From contig NMRA01000080.1 of NCBI GenBank assembly GCA_002633005.1, positions 525,291 to 589,290 on the forward strand: a DNA stretch of 64,000 nucleotides, written 5' to 3'. Origin of the DNA: Phoronis australis (Eukaryota > Animalia > Phoronida). The stretch's first letter is position 1. The number at the start of each line of letters is the position of its first letter. The notes below the pieces were generated by a model. That model was given only the letters and a program-made list of their open reading frames with translations. It made no database searches and was not told where the DNA came from. Of the stretch, positions 35,789 through 50,400 are shown one piece after another. A program made the translations under genes and the position numbers.

Positions 35789-36591
35789 AAGAGAAGAAAA
35801 CGATGAACTTGTACATGCAGTATGACATCGCCATACCGTTCTCGCCTGAACGAAATACAGTCCTGCTTTTCGCTAACTATTTTCTACAAGGAATTGTCGT
35901 CGTATATATTTGCTCGTCTCTTTGCCGTCACAGTCTTAGAGGAAAACTATTCCACGTCATTCCCAGAGTGTGGCCAAAGTTGTTCTTTATTTCTTACTCG
36001 CTCAGTTTCATTCTAGGAATTGCGAGGCTGCGTGCCTTCGTAGCAAACGATGTAATCTGGTCCGCCATTTTATGTGTCGTGTGGCTAGACATGGTAATTT
36101 TTTCTCTGGTCGTGTATTTACAGCGGTCGCTCTCGCCGCCGATTGTCGGTTCGAGGGTCAGTAGCAAGTGGGATCGAGGCATTACGCAATTTCTACTGCC
36201 CAACGCAATGGCAGTTTATGCTGCGTGGATATATATCATATTCCTTGAAAATATCACAATTTGTGTAAAATTTTATACGCAGGATTCTGGAAAGCTATCC
36301 AGCTACTTATATATATTTTTTCTTGCAGTAACTTCTATAGCGTTGACTGTCATAGAAATAAGGTATTTCGACAAGTATCTGCGTTACGTCATGGGACATC
36401 ATTTTGTCTTACTTAACAACGTGGTGGGAATCTTAGCAGGAATAGAACAAGTGTACAACGGCGATCCGGATTCTAATATACTGGTGTTGTCTGCAACTGC
36501 GGTGACAATTTCAGTGCTTTTAATGTTTGCAAAATGTGGAGTTGGAGTTATGAGACGGGAAAAAGAGAAGCGAGCGTGTGTTCACGATTAA
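35789..36591 (+). CDS. Multipass membrane protein (resembles the uncharacterised animal TspO/MBR-related family), terminal exon
   Basis: Acceptor gttttttcag, phase 1; ~7 hydrophobic segments; FLLPNAMAVYAAW and YFDKYLRY resemble motifs of that family (recognised by eye). Confidence 0.8.
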
Positions 36592-38664
36592 GCAAATGAC
36601 GTTTCACTGTTGGCTACTTTCTAATTTTAAACATTTTAAACCTCTAAATAATCTTGCCTCTTTCCGGTGTTTTTTGGTACCAACAATGACGTAACTACCG
36701 ACGAAGTTGGTCTCAAGTTACCGTTCAATGTTTAGAAGATGGTTCCGGGGCTTGGCAAAAATTGCACGCTCAAATTCGTGAATTATCATTTTACGAACCG
36801 AGAGCTATCTGAAGGGGGATAAATACCCTAACAGGTGGGCATTAAATATTTGGAGCTCATCGACGTACGGGTGGGTTATAATCGCAGGGTTTGGCACCGA
36901 CGATAAAAAATCTTCAGCAGGTGGAAGGGCTTGGGACATTTTAGAAGTGACATTGTTATGTCGACTTCCTGTAGCCACGACATAGACATGGAATTAAATA
37001 TACTCTTTACGCCTCATTTTAGTTAAAAACCTCATAAAACTAATTTTTAATAAAGCTAATTCAGTAAAATTCCAAATCTTTTCAAACTTAACTGAATTTA
37101 GTATGAACTTTTTAGATTACTTTTCATTTTTGGTGGTGCACCATCCCCAAAATGGCCGCCGTAATGCGTGACAGCTGACTCGTGCATTTATGGGTACTCT
37201 TTCAACTGCCAGTATATGTAATGAAGTTTCCGCGGAAACCCCGCCCAATTTAAAAAAAAATTAAAATTAATGGTAAATTTTAAATAAGACAACCATCAAC
37301 AAGGCTGAAAGTTACGAAATGTTTACATTTTAGTGATATCATTCGACTGACGAAACTCATCTTGTGTTCCCAATGGGTGAATATAAAAGAGTACCTTTAA
37401 CGGGGTTCGAACCCCCTACTCGACATTTGTATTGGTAATATAAATGTCACGGATTTGCAAGTTCCTCTTGGTCATGGATCCGCGCCTAATAACAGCATTT
37501 TAGAAACGCCAAAATGGTGACCATTGCTTTTTACACTTGGTTTTTGCTCTGATGTAGTTCGTGAGAGATATGGAGTATTGCTGTACGTCTTGTTACACGT
37601 CATGAAACGGACATGGTTGAATATTGTCGTGTTATTGTTGTTAAATACGCCTACATGTATAGAATAGTGCTCCCTGTTTCTCGCATTATCACACATTGAA
37701 AACGTGAACTACACGTCAGCATATCGTTAATTTTGAAAATTTTGTACAAGAATATTTGGTCATCTGCATTTTAAGAATAACCTTTGAGCTTTCAGAAAGT
37801 GTTGTTTTTTCCAAATTGTTAAAAAATTACCAAAATCAGTCTTTATCTTTATCGCTTTCAATCCTGTGGAAAGAAATAAAATTTTGTCTTGAAGTGGAGT
37901 GCTTGATACAAAAAGGGTTATCTGTGCTACTTTATACGTGCTTGATAACCGTAGCCACGTGATGGTAATTCCATTGATTGTATCTCAGCTACTCACGAAA
38001 GAAAACTGTGTACAAAGTATTTAATATAATAGTTTACATTTTGAAACAATGAGCATGGAAATACATGAGCAACAAGCAGAAGAAATGATCAATTCATAAC
38101 TTATTCAATCAATCCAATGTTCCTTGTAGTCAACACGACTCAGATCAGGCGACTGCCAAAAAGCGTTTCCTGCTTTGTAATACGTGAAGAGCGAATTGAA
38201 GCAGGAGCACAGATAAGAGAAATATGCTCTCTTTACATTTTTCCAGGTTACGTTATGTTTCGCACTGGAGAAAGGCGGCTTATCGCAGTTGCACAGATGT
38301 AAGATTGCCTACAGACTGAAAATTCCTTTACTCAGACATTTCTTCCCGGGTAGTCAGGAGATTCGCTTGCGCACGCTGTGATAACACCATGGCTGTTCAA
38401 GCAGGTGTTTGTGATGGCTGTGTATCTGTGTACGTACGTTACGTGGTGGACTATCATTTGGCTGTCCTCTTTTCTTCCGATCTCATGTCGGATATAATTT
38501 GTACGTCACCAAAATGCACCTGAAGTACAATATTTTTGCGTGTGTGAAACAGGTGACAAGAATGTTTCGCATCTTCTTATGCAGACGTGTTTTGAATACC
38601 ATGCAAATGGCATTTGGTATTCATGAGATTATCAGCCGGACATTAAGTTTCTCAATGTCTCGCG

Positions 38665-38886
38665 CTACGAGCAGACGAGGGATGTTCCTTGACTGCTGCT
38701 TGGGAACTTATCATTATGACTGATGGCTGGTGTCACGTGATCTTCATCTTCATCATAACTTTTCAAGTCACACTGAGCAATGTCACTGTCTTTTGTTTTA
38801 TCTTGTGAATTTTTCATCTTTGAGTCTCCTGAACCTTTCTTGCTTCTCTTCCATTTCATCCGTCTGTTTTGAAACCATATTTTTAC
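38665..38886 (-). CDS. Mnx: Mnx homeobox protein, exon 3
   Basis: Acceptor tttattttag, phase 0; VKIWFQNRRMKWKRSKK...acidic DEDED...SLVCS-stop. Confidence 0.97.
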   Translation of the reverse strand, partial: VKIWFQNRRMKWKRSKKGSGDSKMKNSQDKTKDSDIAQCDLKSYDEDEDHVTPAISHNDKFPSSSQGTSLVCS

Positions 38887-39119
38887 CTAAAATAAACCGG
38901 AAACTTGAGTTTCGTGCAGCATTTGACATTGTAGCGCCACTCAGCGGCCCTCCTCTAAAATGGAATACAACGGTACTAGCGCAAACATTAAATAACCCTA
39001 CACGGCAATGACAAACTTTCCTTTTGTATTCCATTTTAACATTATTATACAGGAAAGTCTGGCGCTAAAGTTACGTCCATTATTTTAGGTGCACATTATC
39101 TAATTCGATCGAGCAACTG

Positions 39120-39121
<2 letters not shown>

Positions 39122-39182
<61 letters not shown>

Positions 39183-39198
39183 ACACACACACACACAT
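39122..39198. repeat. (CA)n microsatellite
   Basis: Directly visible in Mnx intron 2. Confidence 0.98.
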
Positions 39199-42040
39199 AT
39201 ATATGTACCATTCTTATCCTACACGTTTTCACACTTCTCCCACGGCCATCCATGGATCGTGTATAAATAGCACATGAGTTTTACTTATTTTGTTAGATAT
39301 TGATGCAGGAATAAAAAGACATCTGTGTTAAATAATTTCTGAATATCTAAAAGTTAATACCGGTAAATTATTATGATTAATAGTTGGGAATCAGTTATCT
39401 CTGGTCTATGTTACACTAATCCTTAAACACTATCCCAGACACAAGAAAAATTATATCGACTGCCGAATTACAGGACAATAAGCTCTGACAATACGATAGT
39501 GTCACTTCGGATTAACTTGTTCCCACAGAATAATTTGGAGGCTTTAATTCCTCATTGCAGTTGTGTTGCAAAACGTTGTGCGGGTGTTCTAACCTGGATT
39601 GCATTCTGCTCAATCCACATAGAAAAATCTCCGAAATCAGTTGGGGACTGCACAGTTCAGTAACCACAACAAATAATAACATTCATAGGATAGAAGTTCA
39701 AAAGTTAGGCTTTTGCTATATGGCACTGTTTTTTTTCACAGAAGAGGCACGATAATGAAACTGGTCGGTTCTTAAATTCTACTAGGTATGGCGGTAACAA
39801 TTATTCTTTTCAAGCTACGATTAGCAGTGTCTTTGTTGTTACGTGCCAGTACGTATGTAAGTCAATTCTGACCAGGTAAAATGGAAAATTAATTTGTTTG
39901 TGAGCTACATTAATTGGACAGTACCTAATTCTCTCTGTCTCTCTAAGATCACACTATCATTGTACCCTACACATGAACATCATGTCTTGTAGTTATTGCT
40001 GTCATATCTTTTTTCAAAATGAAAAAATTGATTGGAAATTGTCAAATTCGTCTACTTTCTCTTCTTTTTTCGTTTCTTTTGTGTTCAACACACACCATTA
40101 CATCAGCACGTGCGCACCAGGCAAAATCAAATAAAACAAAACAAAATAACAATTTTCTTGTGTTTATTGGGTTCTACGAAATTCACTCTAGTCGGTCAAA
40201 CCATCATTGTATGGTATAGATAAACAACCTCCTGCCTTTATTTGTGTTTGGTTGTTGTTACTATATTTTTGTCAAATTATAAGTTTCAAAATTCTTCTAC
40301 CCTCTCTTGTTTCTTTTTGTTGTTTTGATAGTCATTCTCACAAGTATGATTTTCATTCCGATGATACGTATTTTCAATGTCCTGTGTGCGAGCTTTCGAA
40401 GGTCCCAAACTCCACCTTCATACAAAGATAACTAATTTCGAAACGGTTTAATAACACGTCATGTGCATTACCTATGACACCATCCCAGGACAAGGTAAAC
40501 TCGTGTTAAGTTAGCGTAATTCGAAATATGAATTAGTTCATTAGACGAACAAAAAATCGAAACAAAACACGACCCCCATGCATCTCCCAAGTCCCACGCA
40601 GCCCTGCAGTGATGACCCTAGTTGTATAAGCGGATTGCGCACGCGCAATTCCTTAACTTTACAGTTCGAATGGTGATGTCCGGTACGCATCCCTCCTCGG
40701 GATGGTTCGAGATCTCTTAGGCTGCGTAATGTTAGGTGGCGTCAAATTATTTTTCCGTCGTGTACATATATCTAATTAACGGTATTATCGCGTATCCTAC
40801 CTCTAATCCATGAGAAACACGATTGTGTGAACACAAATACAGCTTCTACGTAATAATCGGTTTAAAACATCAATCACGACTCCCGACGTTATCTGAGCGC
40901 TCAGTAGGTGACAGAAACGATGAAAATTGGGAAGCAACATTCAAATTAATAATAGATGGTTTACTAATATGGTCCCGTTGATAAACTTCGTGCCGATAGA
41001 GGCAAATATCTCCACATCCAAGTACCTATCTGTTTTAATCCTAGTTTATCTTGCCGTGAAAGACATTTGCTTCATATTAAATCAGTTGCGACATTGTAAA
41101 GGTATTCTAATCGTACATGAATGAGGGTGGTTGCCGTGGCAACCTTTTGTCCTAGGGGCCCAGTTTATCTGTGGGTAATCACCTGGTCAAATTGCACCGT
41201 CTTAACTTAAGCAGGTAATTAGAATTTTGTAATATTATTTGATAATTAGAATGATATGGTCTGGTCGCGTGTTTTCGACTCCGAGCACTAGGAAAACATC
41301 CCTATTGTTAAGTATATATTGAAAAGGTGTGGACGTTTGACTAGACAAAATTAATAGATTTTATTAAATCTAGAGTTCATTCCTATAGATTTCAAGGTTT
41401 AAGTAAATAAGTGTCCTTACCCCGATCGTTTTGAAGACACGTTTTTTTCCGAGTTAACTTCGTAAAAACTAACTCAGAGATTCTTATGTCGTACGCTACA
41501 GCTGAATAGTATAATGAGTTATTTGCTTTCGATAGAGCGATTTCACTATGTAGTTTTCTCTCTTCCGGTGCTCAAAGCGGCATAAAACCAGTGCTTACCT
41601 ATATAAAATTGGTGTCGTCTTGTCTGATTCTGTTTAGACGTGAACAAATACCCAACTGTTCTTCCCGAGCCCAGAGAACATTTTAACTTAGTTAGGAACT
41701 AGATAAGACCAACTTTATAATGCTAAGTGGCTTAAATCACAAGTCGTTTTTGACAGAAATCACGAGTTTAATGCTAGTTTAATTACAGTGTAAAGTAGAC
41801 AAAGCGAGAATGTTTGCTGGGATGTGGAAACATATATGCGCGTGCAAATAACACTTGGAAATGATCCAGGTTTGACTCCTGAAAAAAAAGAAAGTTGGGA
41901 ACACTTCTGTCACGTTTCTGATCGGTAGGTCATCAAGGAAAGAGAGCGTGGATGTGTTTCATGTAAATCTATTGATCACGCTCCCTCCACAGACAGGATC
42001 CGCGCCGTTCTCGTGATGTCACACACTTATAAAAACTTAC

Positions 42041-42201
42041 CTGTGTTTCTGTCAGCATCAGTGATGTAGCCACTTCAAAACGTTTGGGCCGAGAAAGATA
42101 TTTGTTCATTTTGAACTGTCGCTCTAGTTCCAATAGCTGTTGACTCGTGAACGCCGTGCGAGGGCGTCGACTTTTTCCCAGAATACCGTGCTGGTTTTGT
42201 C
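42041..42201 (-). CDS. Mnx: Mnx homeobox protein, exon 2
   Basis: Acceptor ttcatttacag, donor cag/gtaagt; phase 1-0; [54 protein letters not shown], the diagnostic Mnx/HB9/exex homeodomain. Confidence 0.98.
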
Positions 42202-43240
42202 CTGTAAATGAAAAAGGAAATTGAATTGGTTAGTAATAAGTAAGTCAGAGAAAATGAACTAAAACAATCTGTAGGCATTTAAAAAACTGAATCACTCGAG
42301 ACTTCCTTTAGGAAAAACAAAAAATTTTGGAACTCTATGAATGAAGCGCATCGTTGATAAAATTTTCGTTAAAACCAGTTGTCACTAATAGTAGATACAT
42401 GTATAAAGATTTTAGGCAGAATGCAGCCGGTTCAACTATTCGAAATTCTCAATTGATTTCTACTTCACCCGCCCAATCTCCATCACTTCCAAAATAGGAA
42501 TCTCAGAATATTCTGGTTTGGAAAGGCATTGCATCATACACATATATACAAGACATAAAAGATACATAGAGCCAGTCAGATTATTTCCAAATGCGGTAAT
42601 TTTAATATCGAACATCAAAAACAATATCAATGGGTCATTTCAGCTGTTGATTACTCTGTTTCATTTCTTCTAGTTCTTTTTCTCGTAAACTGATTTTTGT
42701 CGAACTATTTTTGAACGGACTCGCGAAACGACGATTTCCACATGTTGTTTGGTATCTCTAGACAAAACTCCTGGTATAGCTCATTGCTCTAGATGAGCCG
42801 ACTCGTACACGAGACAGATGATACCACCCCCCCCNCTCCCAGTCGCCATCACTTTCGATTTTCGCCACATCTCCTTCCCCTTGGCGTTCGCTTACATAAG
42901 AAAGAGACGATTCCACCCGAGGCGTTACCTCCCAAGTCGACGGCACATTCCTATCGATCCTAGTATGGTTTCGGCGGGTTCAGCCGTACATCCTACGAGG
43001 AAGTTTGGGACAAAAAAATACGGAGTTTTAATCAACACTTTGGTTCATGAAACTTATAGGAGATGAGCGATAAATGATAAATCACCCATAAGTCCATTTA
43101 CTTTGTTAATTTTTTTCTCGCGATCTTTGTTCCATCTATTCGTTTTCATAGCTTGAGAGACATATCCGAACACTTAATTAGCGAGGGCATATTTACATGT
43201 ATGTCCTAACCTCTTCTATATGAGAACACTCTTCTGATTT

Positions 43241-43408
43241 CAGGTGCATATCCAAGATTTTGAGTTAGGGGAGGGGGCAGGCCAGAGAATTAGCCAAGAT
43301 TTTGCTCGTCAGACATTCGCATTCCCGAACTGCCAAATGGAATCAGGGAGAATTTTAAGGGGCGCATGGCCCTCTTACCCCTCCCCCCCAACAAAAGTCC
43401 GCCCACTG
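43241..43408. mobile_element. MITE-like family A
   Basis: Colinear with 33662-33823. Confidence 0.75.
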
Positions 43409-44394
43409 GATTTCCACGTCTTTTAGTGATAAAATCAACAGCCGGCGATTGATATCCTCGTTATAACGTTGGGCGAATTTATCTCTTCTCCAATAATCCA
43501 CTTTGTCTATTAGATAATTGGCCATGATCAAGAAAATTAAGTTGATTTGTGAGTTGATATTGAGATATATTGCTAATTCACTTAGTTCGCCTGACATACT
43601 AATTAGAGTCGATTTAGCCGTTTCGACAAATAGTCCCTTGTTGGCAATAACGATTAATTAGGGGAAATGAACGCGTTTTATATTTATTGGAAACTTTCCA
43701 CGTCATCGTTCCCACTTTAGATGTTTAACATGTTTCTCCAGCCCGTTTTGATGCAAATAAACATTTGAATAATAACAATTCAAGAGAATCGCAACGTTTA
43801 AATGGAGATTCATGACCTGCGGATAATTTCGAAAGTGAAAAACTTTAACTGAATCTTGCACCTAAATTTGAGCTGCTCTAAGCGTCTCATTAACTTAGAA
43901 CGTTGGCGTCGTCCTAAATTATCATAGGTTAAAGTTTTTTTCTTTTTCAAAATCACCACACTTTAAGGCAGGATTTTCAAGCTTCTTTTTGTTGAGCTTG
44001 TCGTTGGCCGCCTGTCATTCGATGAAGTCGAGGCAGATGACGTATCACTTAAAGCTACATTTGGCCCTCAGTGTAGCTGGCTAAAAACGAAAGTCGGATT
44101 CATCCTTATACTCTCATCAAATCGGTCTCGCACTATAAAAATGTTTAGCATGACGTCATTTTGATGTCATTGGGACGTTTTGGACCCAGTGTGACGGCAT
44201 GTCTACTCTTATTTTTGGGGTCCAAATTGCGTTATCTACTGCCACTTCATCGCTAAACATCTGAATTCCTTACATTGATAGGATTTCATGTCTGTTAAAA
44301 TCTCAAGTTACGCGCAATGTGGCGTACTTGCACTGTTTTTGACGTCATACTTTAGTGTTGGCCAACCTCAATAAATTATAGAGAGTTTTCGATG

Positions 44395-44470
44395 TTCTTG
44401 TTGGTGACGGAAATAGAATGTTGTCGGTCTGCGACCATTGAGGTCGTGAGTTCGACTCCACCTTGCGGGC
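44395..44470 (+). mobile_element. Degenerate tRNA-derived SINE head
   Basis: gaggtcgtgagttcgactcc B-box region similar to 28039-28058. Confidence 0.4.
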
Positions 44471-47400
44471 TAATCTAAAAACAAATTCTTACCCATTGTT
44501 TGACTTTAGATGAAAAAATAATGCAAATCTGCGAACGAACAGTTCCTCCTTCCTATTCAGTCTTTCGATTAACTGGCGAAACCAGAAAGAACATATTTAA
44601 AAGAATATCAAGCCCTGTTTTGAGGACTTCAAACAATCCTCGTTCTGTCTCCCCATAATGCAACGTTGGCGTCAATCTTCCAAGTTAAAGTCAGAAATCA
44701 ACTAAAAGCTCATACTCCCTATCTCAAAAATTGGATATTTTGGGCCTTGGTCTTTTCCAACAGTTGCTATGTAATTCGATAAAAGCGTAGGTCATTCTTG
44801 CCCCTTTTGTAAACTTTGAAAGGAGTTTCAAAATTTCCTCCAAACTTGGAAGAGACTTTGGGATTACAGAGCATAATTTTGTTTAAGAGAAGTGGTTGGG
44901 AAGTCGTTTTTAGTATTTGTCAAAAGGCCAAAAGCCTGGTTTCAGGTGATATCCTTTTAACCGTTTATCTAGGATTTCTGTATACTCCATTAATCTTCTT
45001 TAATTTGACGAATCTCACGCGTCCATTGAAGATTTTTTATAAAACAAAAAGTTTACTTCCGTATAAAGTGAATGTGTCATCTGTTTTAACTAAAATTTTC
45101 TTAAAAGAATACATTTGCCGCCATTCGCATCATTTATTGTGATTTTTGAAAGCACTATAGCAAACACCATCAGCATACAAATGGCAAGGGCACTGCTTTT
45201 ATTTTTCACTGCCTGTTTAAAATATTTGTTTTCCATTTAGCGGAATTGTTATACGCACCGTACACGCACGTGCATTTTATGGCTGAACAAACAACGCAGA
45301 ATGAGTATAAAGACACGTCATTATTGTTCCACTGGAGTTTATTTATCAAGTCGCAGATTCTTGAAGTGTAAAGTGGATTATATTGCTTTGTTTTCGGTAG
45401 TTCGTTGAAAGCAATGATTCTTTGAAATGTTAGTCGATAGATTTATTTTGCTAGAATAGAGCGACTATTACAGAGCACTACGAAATTTTAAAAAAATTCT
45501 CCTCACTACGTTGTTTTGGTATCTTGTATCGCTGGCAAGCTAATATCGGTGGAACGATCGAGATCTGTCAGGTCGCGCCACTCGATATCAATTTAATTAT
45601 GAAGCGTAGAACACTACTCGGTAATCACAGGCGGTTCTTTCTCTCGAGACTCAAAAAGAGCGCATATTAAAGTTAAATCTTACAATTCTGTCCATGTTGC
45701 AACGACTTAATAATATTCATTAGTTCTTGTGTTCAATCATTCAAGCAACCGTAAACTATATCGCTTCATCAATTTGCGCATGACCGAAAATTGATATTGG
45801 CTCCTGTGAGCATCGCTCACATGTACGCGCGTTCTAATCACTTGAGAGGAAAATGAGCCAATCACCGTTAACATTACTAATAGCTAAAGAGCCGCAGTAG
45901 TTAATCTTCACTATTCTTATCTCAGTGTTGAACGGTTACACGAACAAATGAAGATTAAATTAAGAAATTAAGCGTTGTGCTAAGAGATGAATAGACGCGC
46001 CACTCAACTAAGGTTGTAACTTTTCAAATGTCATTTAATGCATTTCTCGAACATTTTTTAAAAATATATTTTAATGGAAATTCTAGCTTATATTTTTTGC
46101 ACAAGGCTACGTAAAATAAATTTTGGCTTTAAATTGATGTGCATAGTTTTTGTTGACTATTTTAAAGTTTTTATCTCTTATCTCAGTTTGTTAGCACAGG
46201 GGAACATGGCTCAGCCGTGTCAATGTTTGACTATAACTAGGCGTAATTTCGGTTTAGTTATGGCATCATAATTACGTAATTTTATTTGTATTTAAGATTA
46301 AATTTCCAGCTAAACGGAAAGTGTGAAATGTTTTAATTTTAGGTAGATTTTAACAATACCTAATTTAATTTAAACAATTAATCAATTTGTTACACGTACG
46401 AAGATACGATCGTTAATTAGATAATTGGTATCTATTTTAGTTTTTTATACAATTGACCAATTTACTTCGGTTATTAGAGAATTGTCTGGGGGAATAAAGT
46501 CCATTTTCTCCCAACATAAAAACAAATTGATAGCCTGCCCTTGTGGGGAACAGTCATTCACTTGTATTTTATATCTTATTATTAAATTACCATATCGACG
46601 ATAACTAATCATTGGGCTACTTATCGCTTGCTGTGAACTTATCGCTCTCTCCAACGAGCAATAAACATTTTACAACGGGAGAGACTTCTCGTTCTATCAG
46701 TTCATAAAAATTACTTCACAGCAAATTATTACTTATAAAAATTCGTCGAAAAGGTCGCAGACACCAAGCCCTTGTTTTATGTTTTCCACAACACTCATTT
46801 CAATAGCTCGAGTACGTATTAAACCCTAAAACTGGGACATTTTGTGACCATTACCACACTTCATCTCTTTACAAGCGTATTTTGGATGAATTAGACAAAT
46901 ATACCCCTATTTCAGTTCAATAACCTTTTCCCACAGGAATTCGGTATATTTTTGTCCTGCAAGTTCCTTTTCTTTATTGCGTGTGTTATCTGTTTAGGAT
47001 ACTATAGGAGGTCACATTAATCTTTGCTATGATATATGTAATACGCAGATATGAGTACCAGTGTTTAAACTGGAAAAATATCAACCAGTGGCAAATCCCC
47101 TAGATCAAAAAAGATATGTCTAACATTTACAAGGGTGTAAACCACTCTTAAAACCCTTAACATAGAGCCTTAGTCCCTTACCGTAGACAATTTTTAGTGC
47201 AAATGAGCGAAAAAACATAGAAGCGGGGTTGCACACTTCGGTAGTTTACACTAAAAATTGTTCGTGGTAAAGGTTGCCTGATTAGGGTTAAAGTTCAAGT
47301 TACTATGGTGATAATTTTTACAGTGCATGAATTGTAAGAGTTGGTTTCCACTCCCTGATTTGTGAAGTAGTTGTGACGGACGTTTATTTGTCACATTCTC

Positions 47401-50400
47401 TCACAATGATTAAATTAATGTATCAAAGGGTGGTTTTACAATTCTTTTCTCTAAACCCCCGGGCTCGTTCTCTAATATGTACACTGTGACTAGTTTTCCA
47501 TTGAGAAAAGGTATATAAAAAACAAAATGCGACACTGTTCGAGGTTTATTATCATACTTATCATTGAGAAAAGGGATTAATTAATTCAATCTGGGCACTT
47601 ATTGTTGAATAATTTGAATTGGTGACAAGAAATTGCGAATCTGAGTCAAGACCTCTTCAACGATGGTACTTGTTCATCAAGCATTGAAATTTTAACCTTA
47701 CGTTTTCGACGATAGTACACTCAGTGACGTCACTATAGTAAACGAAGGTGCGCGCATCGGAAATCGTCTGCGTTTGCAAAACGACGCCAAGTGGTTAATA
47801 AGCAACGTAGCTGTTACTTCGCCACGTGAGCTCAAGAGGGCAAGTTACTTTAACACGTTTCCTTTGTTTATATGGAGCCACGGCGTATCAAATCACTTCA
47901 GCAGCAAACGCGCGTGTTTAAATTGTCCCTACATGTGTGCTATTCGTAATTCGTGTCTCCGTAATATCTTCTTGTTATGTCAGCTCAGTGCTCAGCGTGT
48001 GAAGAGTTCCTTAATATATGACATGGTCTACTGTCATGTTAAATAAACACACAAGAGCTCGAATAAACATTTTAAGTGGCGTATCCGTAGCATCAATTAT
48101 CTGTGTTATTAGTTTATTAACAACCGTGTAATATTAAAATCACTTGTATCTGACTGAGAAGATAAACGCCACTTAATATATATGATCCTTAAATGTGTAC
48201 AATATGTTCATAAAAGAGCGAATGCAATAATTTTGCTAGCGGTTTGACATTTATTATATTTGTCCCGTTCATACGTCAAGCTCTGGTTGCTTTAAAAGTA
48301 CTTTGTTAAATTGAAAGTAGCTTATTAGAATACCACAGCATAGTTAATTAAAATTAAAATGAAGGTGAGGAATTGTTTATAGAGTTTTTCTTTAGTGAAG
48401 GCTTAAAGAGTCTGCCAGTTTCAAGTTATGATTAAAACCTTCATTGCAATATTATCAGCGTTGGTCGAAAGAGTCGTCTTGCATCTGCAGTTATTTGTCA
48501 GCTTGTCAGTAACTACTGAGTACTGCACCCTCCGTATATCCGGTCATTACTCAGAAAAACTAACGATTATATTACATTATACTTTGCAAACGTTGATGAT
48601 TCGTTCTGACAGCTAAGAAGGTTCTAGTTAATTGATCGGGGAGAGGGATATAATTAAATAAGTTAATTGTTTCTATTATATGAGAGTTTGATCCGCTGTT
48701 AATTAAATGCTATGTTGACGCTTTTTATTTCACACTCCTCTTCCCATCTGGTGGAAATGGTGAAAATTACGAAGGTAGCGTCGCGAAGAAATTGTCACGT
48801 GACAAGCTGAATCAAACAACAATGGCGAGTCAGTGAGAGTTTTTATCGAGCTACCGGAAACACGTGCGAGAAACACTTTGCTCAACACGTATACTACTTT
48901 CATATGTTGTAGCTATGAAAGTACACATATATAAATATTTGTTTTCGTAGAAAGGCAATCGATTTCACATTTTCAAACGTTTAAGTCGTCATATATTTGA
49001 TTATTAATAACTTTTAGAAACAGGAGGCAAAAAGCTGAGTTGCCGTGAACATGTAAAAGCAAAATGCAGATGCTAAACTCGCATATAATTAAATTCTTTG
49101 GGTGATTAATAAATTGAGAAATATGCATAATTATCATGTAATTTACTTTTACACTACAGCGTATTTAGAACAGTGATTGATGTTTCGACGGTTAACCAAT
49201 CGCTGACATTAAGACATAAAATATTTGCCATTACAGAACAACTGTCTTCAGGAATTCCGTCACAAAATTGTAGAAGGCGTATTAGTTTCGCTGATTTTTA
49301 ATCTACAGACCAAAAAGAAAGGTAAGCGACCAATACAACAGAAATAAACAATTATCCTTCTCCAGTAAAAGATGATTTAAATCATACCTTCATCAGGTAC
49401 GTCTTAGAAATTTGCATTTATGAAACTGAATTGCGAAATCATATTTATTTACCATTTTGTAACATATGGTGCCGCGACGACCTTACCAATGAATATCCCC
49501 AAGATGCGATAAATGGAAAATGTAGATGCAAGGGGCGGTTACCATGACAAACGAAAGTGTTAAAGGTTTGTCTGGTTAATAGCAAATTAACGCCACCATA
49601 TTGTTGTTTTGAGATATTGTGTGAATACAGAACATATTGAGTTTCAGTATTCCTTAATAGTATGTGTAGGCGATAAGTGTTCTTTGAACATTTAAGTCGC
49701 TATCCACACTGATCACTGGCTAGGCCCGAGGCAAAATCTATGTGCAAGAAATTGTTTTTGACATTTTGCATTCTACATTTATACAAATTCAGTCCATTAT
49801 TTTATGCTCGGGTATAGTATAGTATATTTCGAGAAAACACTCGAGATTTCTAGTAAAAAAAAAAATCGAGATTTCAAATGAAGACTTGAAATTTTGCGTA
49901 GAAACACGAGATTTCGAGTTCAGATTCAAACTTTTTGAGGACATAAGATGTAGGAATAATGGACTGTTATCTTGAATTCGTATTAAGTTAAAAGGAAATG
50001 TCAAAATGATTTCGAGTACAAAAGATTACGCTCCGGACTCTGGGGTAGAAACATTGAATTTCTTCATTTGTTTGTTTGCTCTTCCAGTGCAACGTCTTCG
50101 CGTGCTTCTCCCTTTTTGAATTGAATTTTTTTTTCAATAAATTGCCTGGAACTCCCCTGACGACCATATCACCTTGGCGATTGGAACTAACTTGTAACTT
50201 CACCGGTTTGGTCTGAATAAAAAACGACTTTGACCTTTTTAGCCCATAAATCATTTCCAGTCTGAATTAAGAACAAGGTGGCAACGATTTTTTAACAGAA
50301 AATGGCCTAAATTTGAAGTTATTTTTGATAGAAATAGTGTAGTACATGTAAAATTACCCATAGCCAAAGTTTCGCCTGCATTGCACAATCATCATCAGGA

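Noticed and set aside
35002-35854. 426-bp tandem duplication including the start of the membrane-protein last exon (duplicate 67-aa ORFs)
   Set aside because: Copies are separated by a single N (35428) and differ at about three positions: typical unmerged contig/haplotype overlap.
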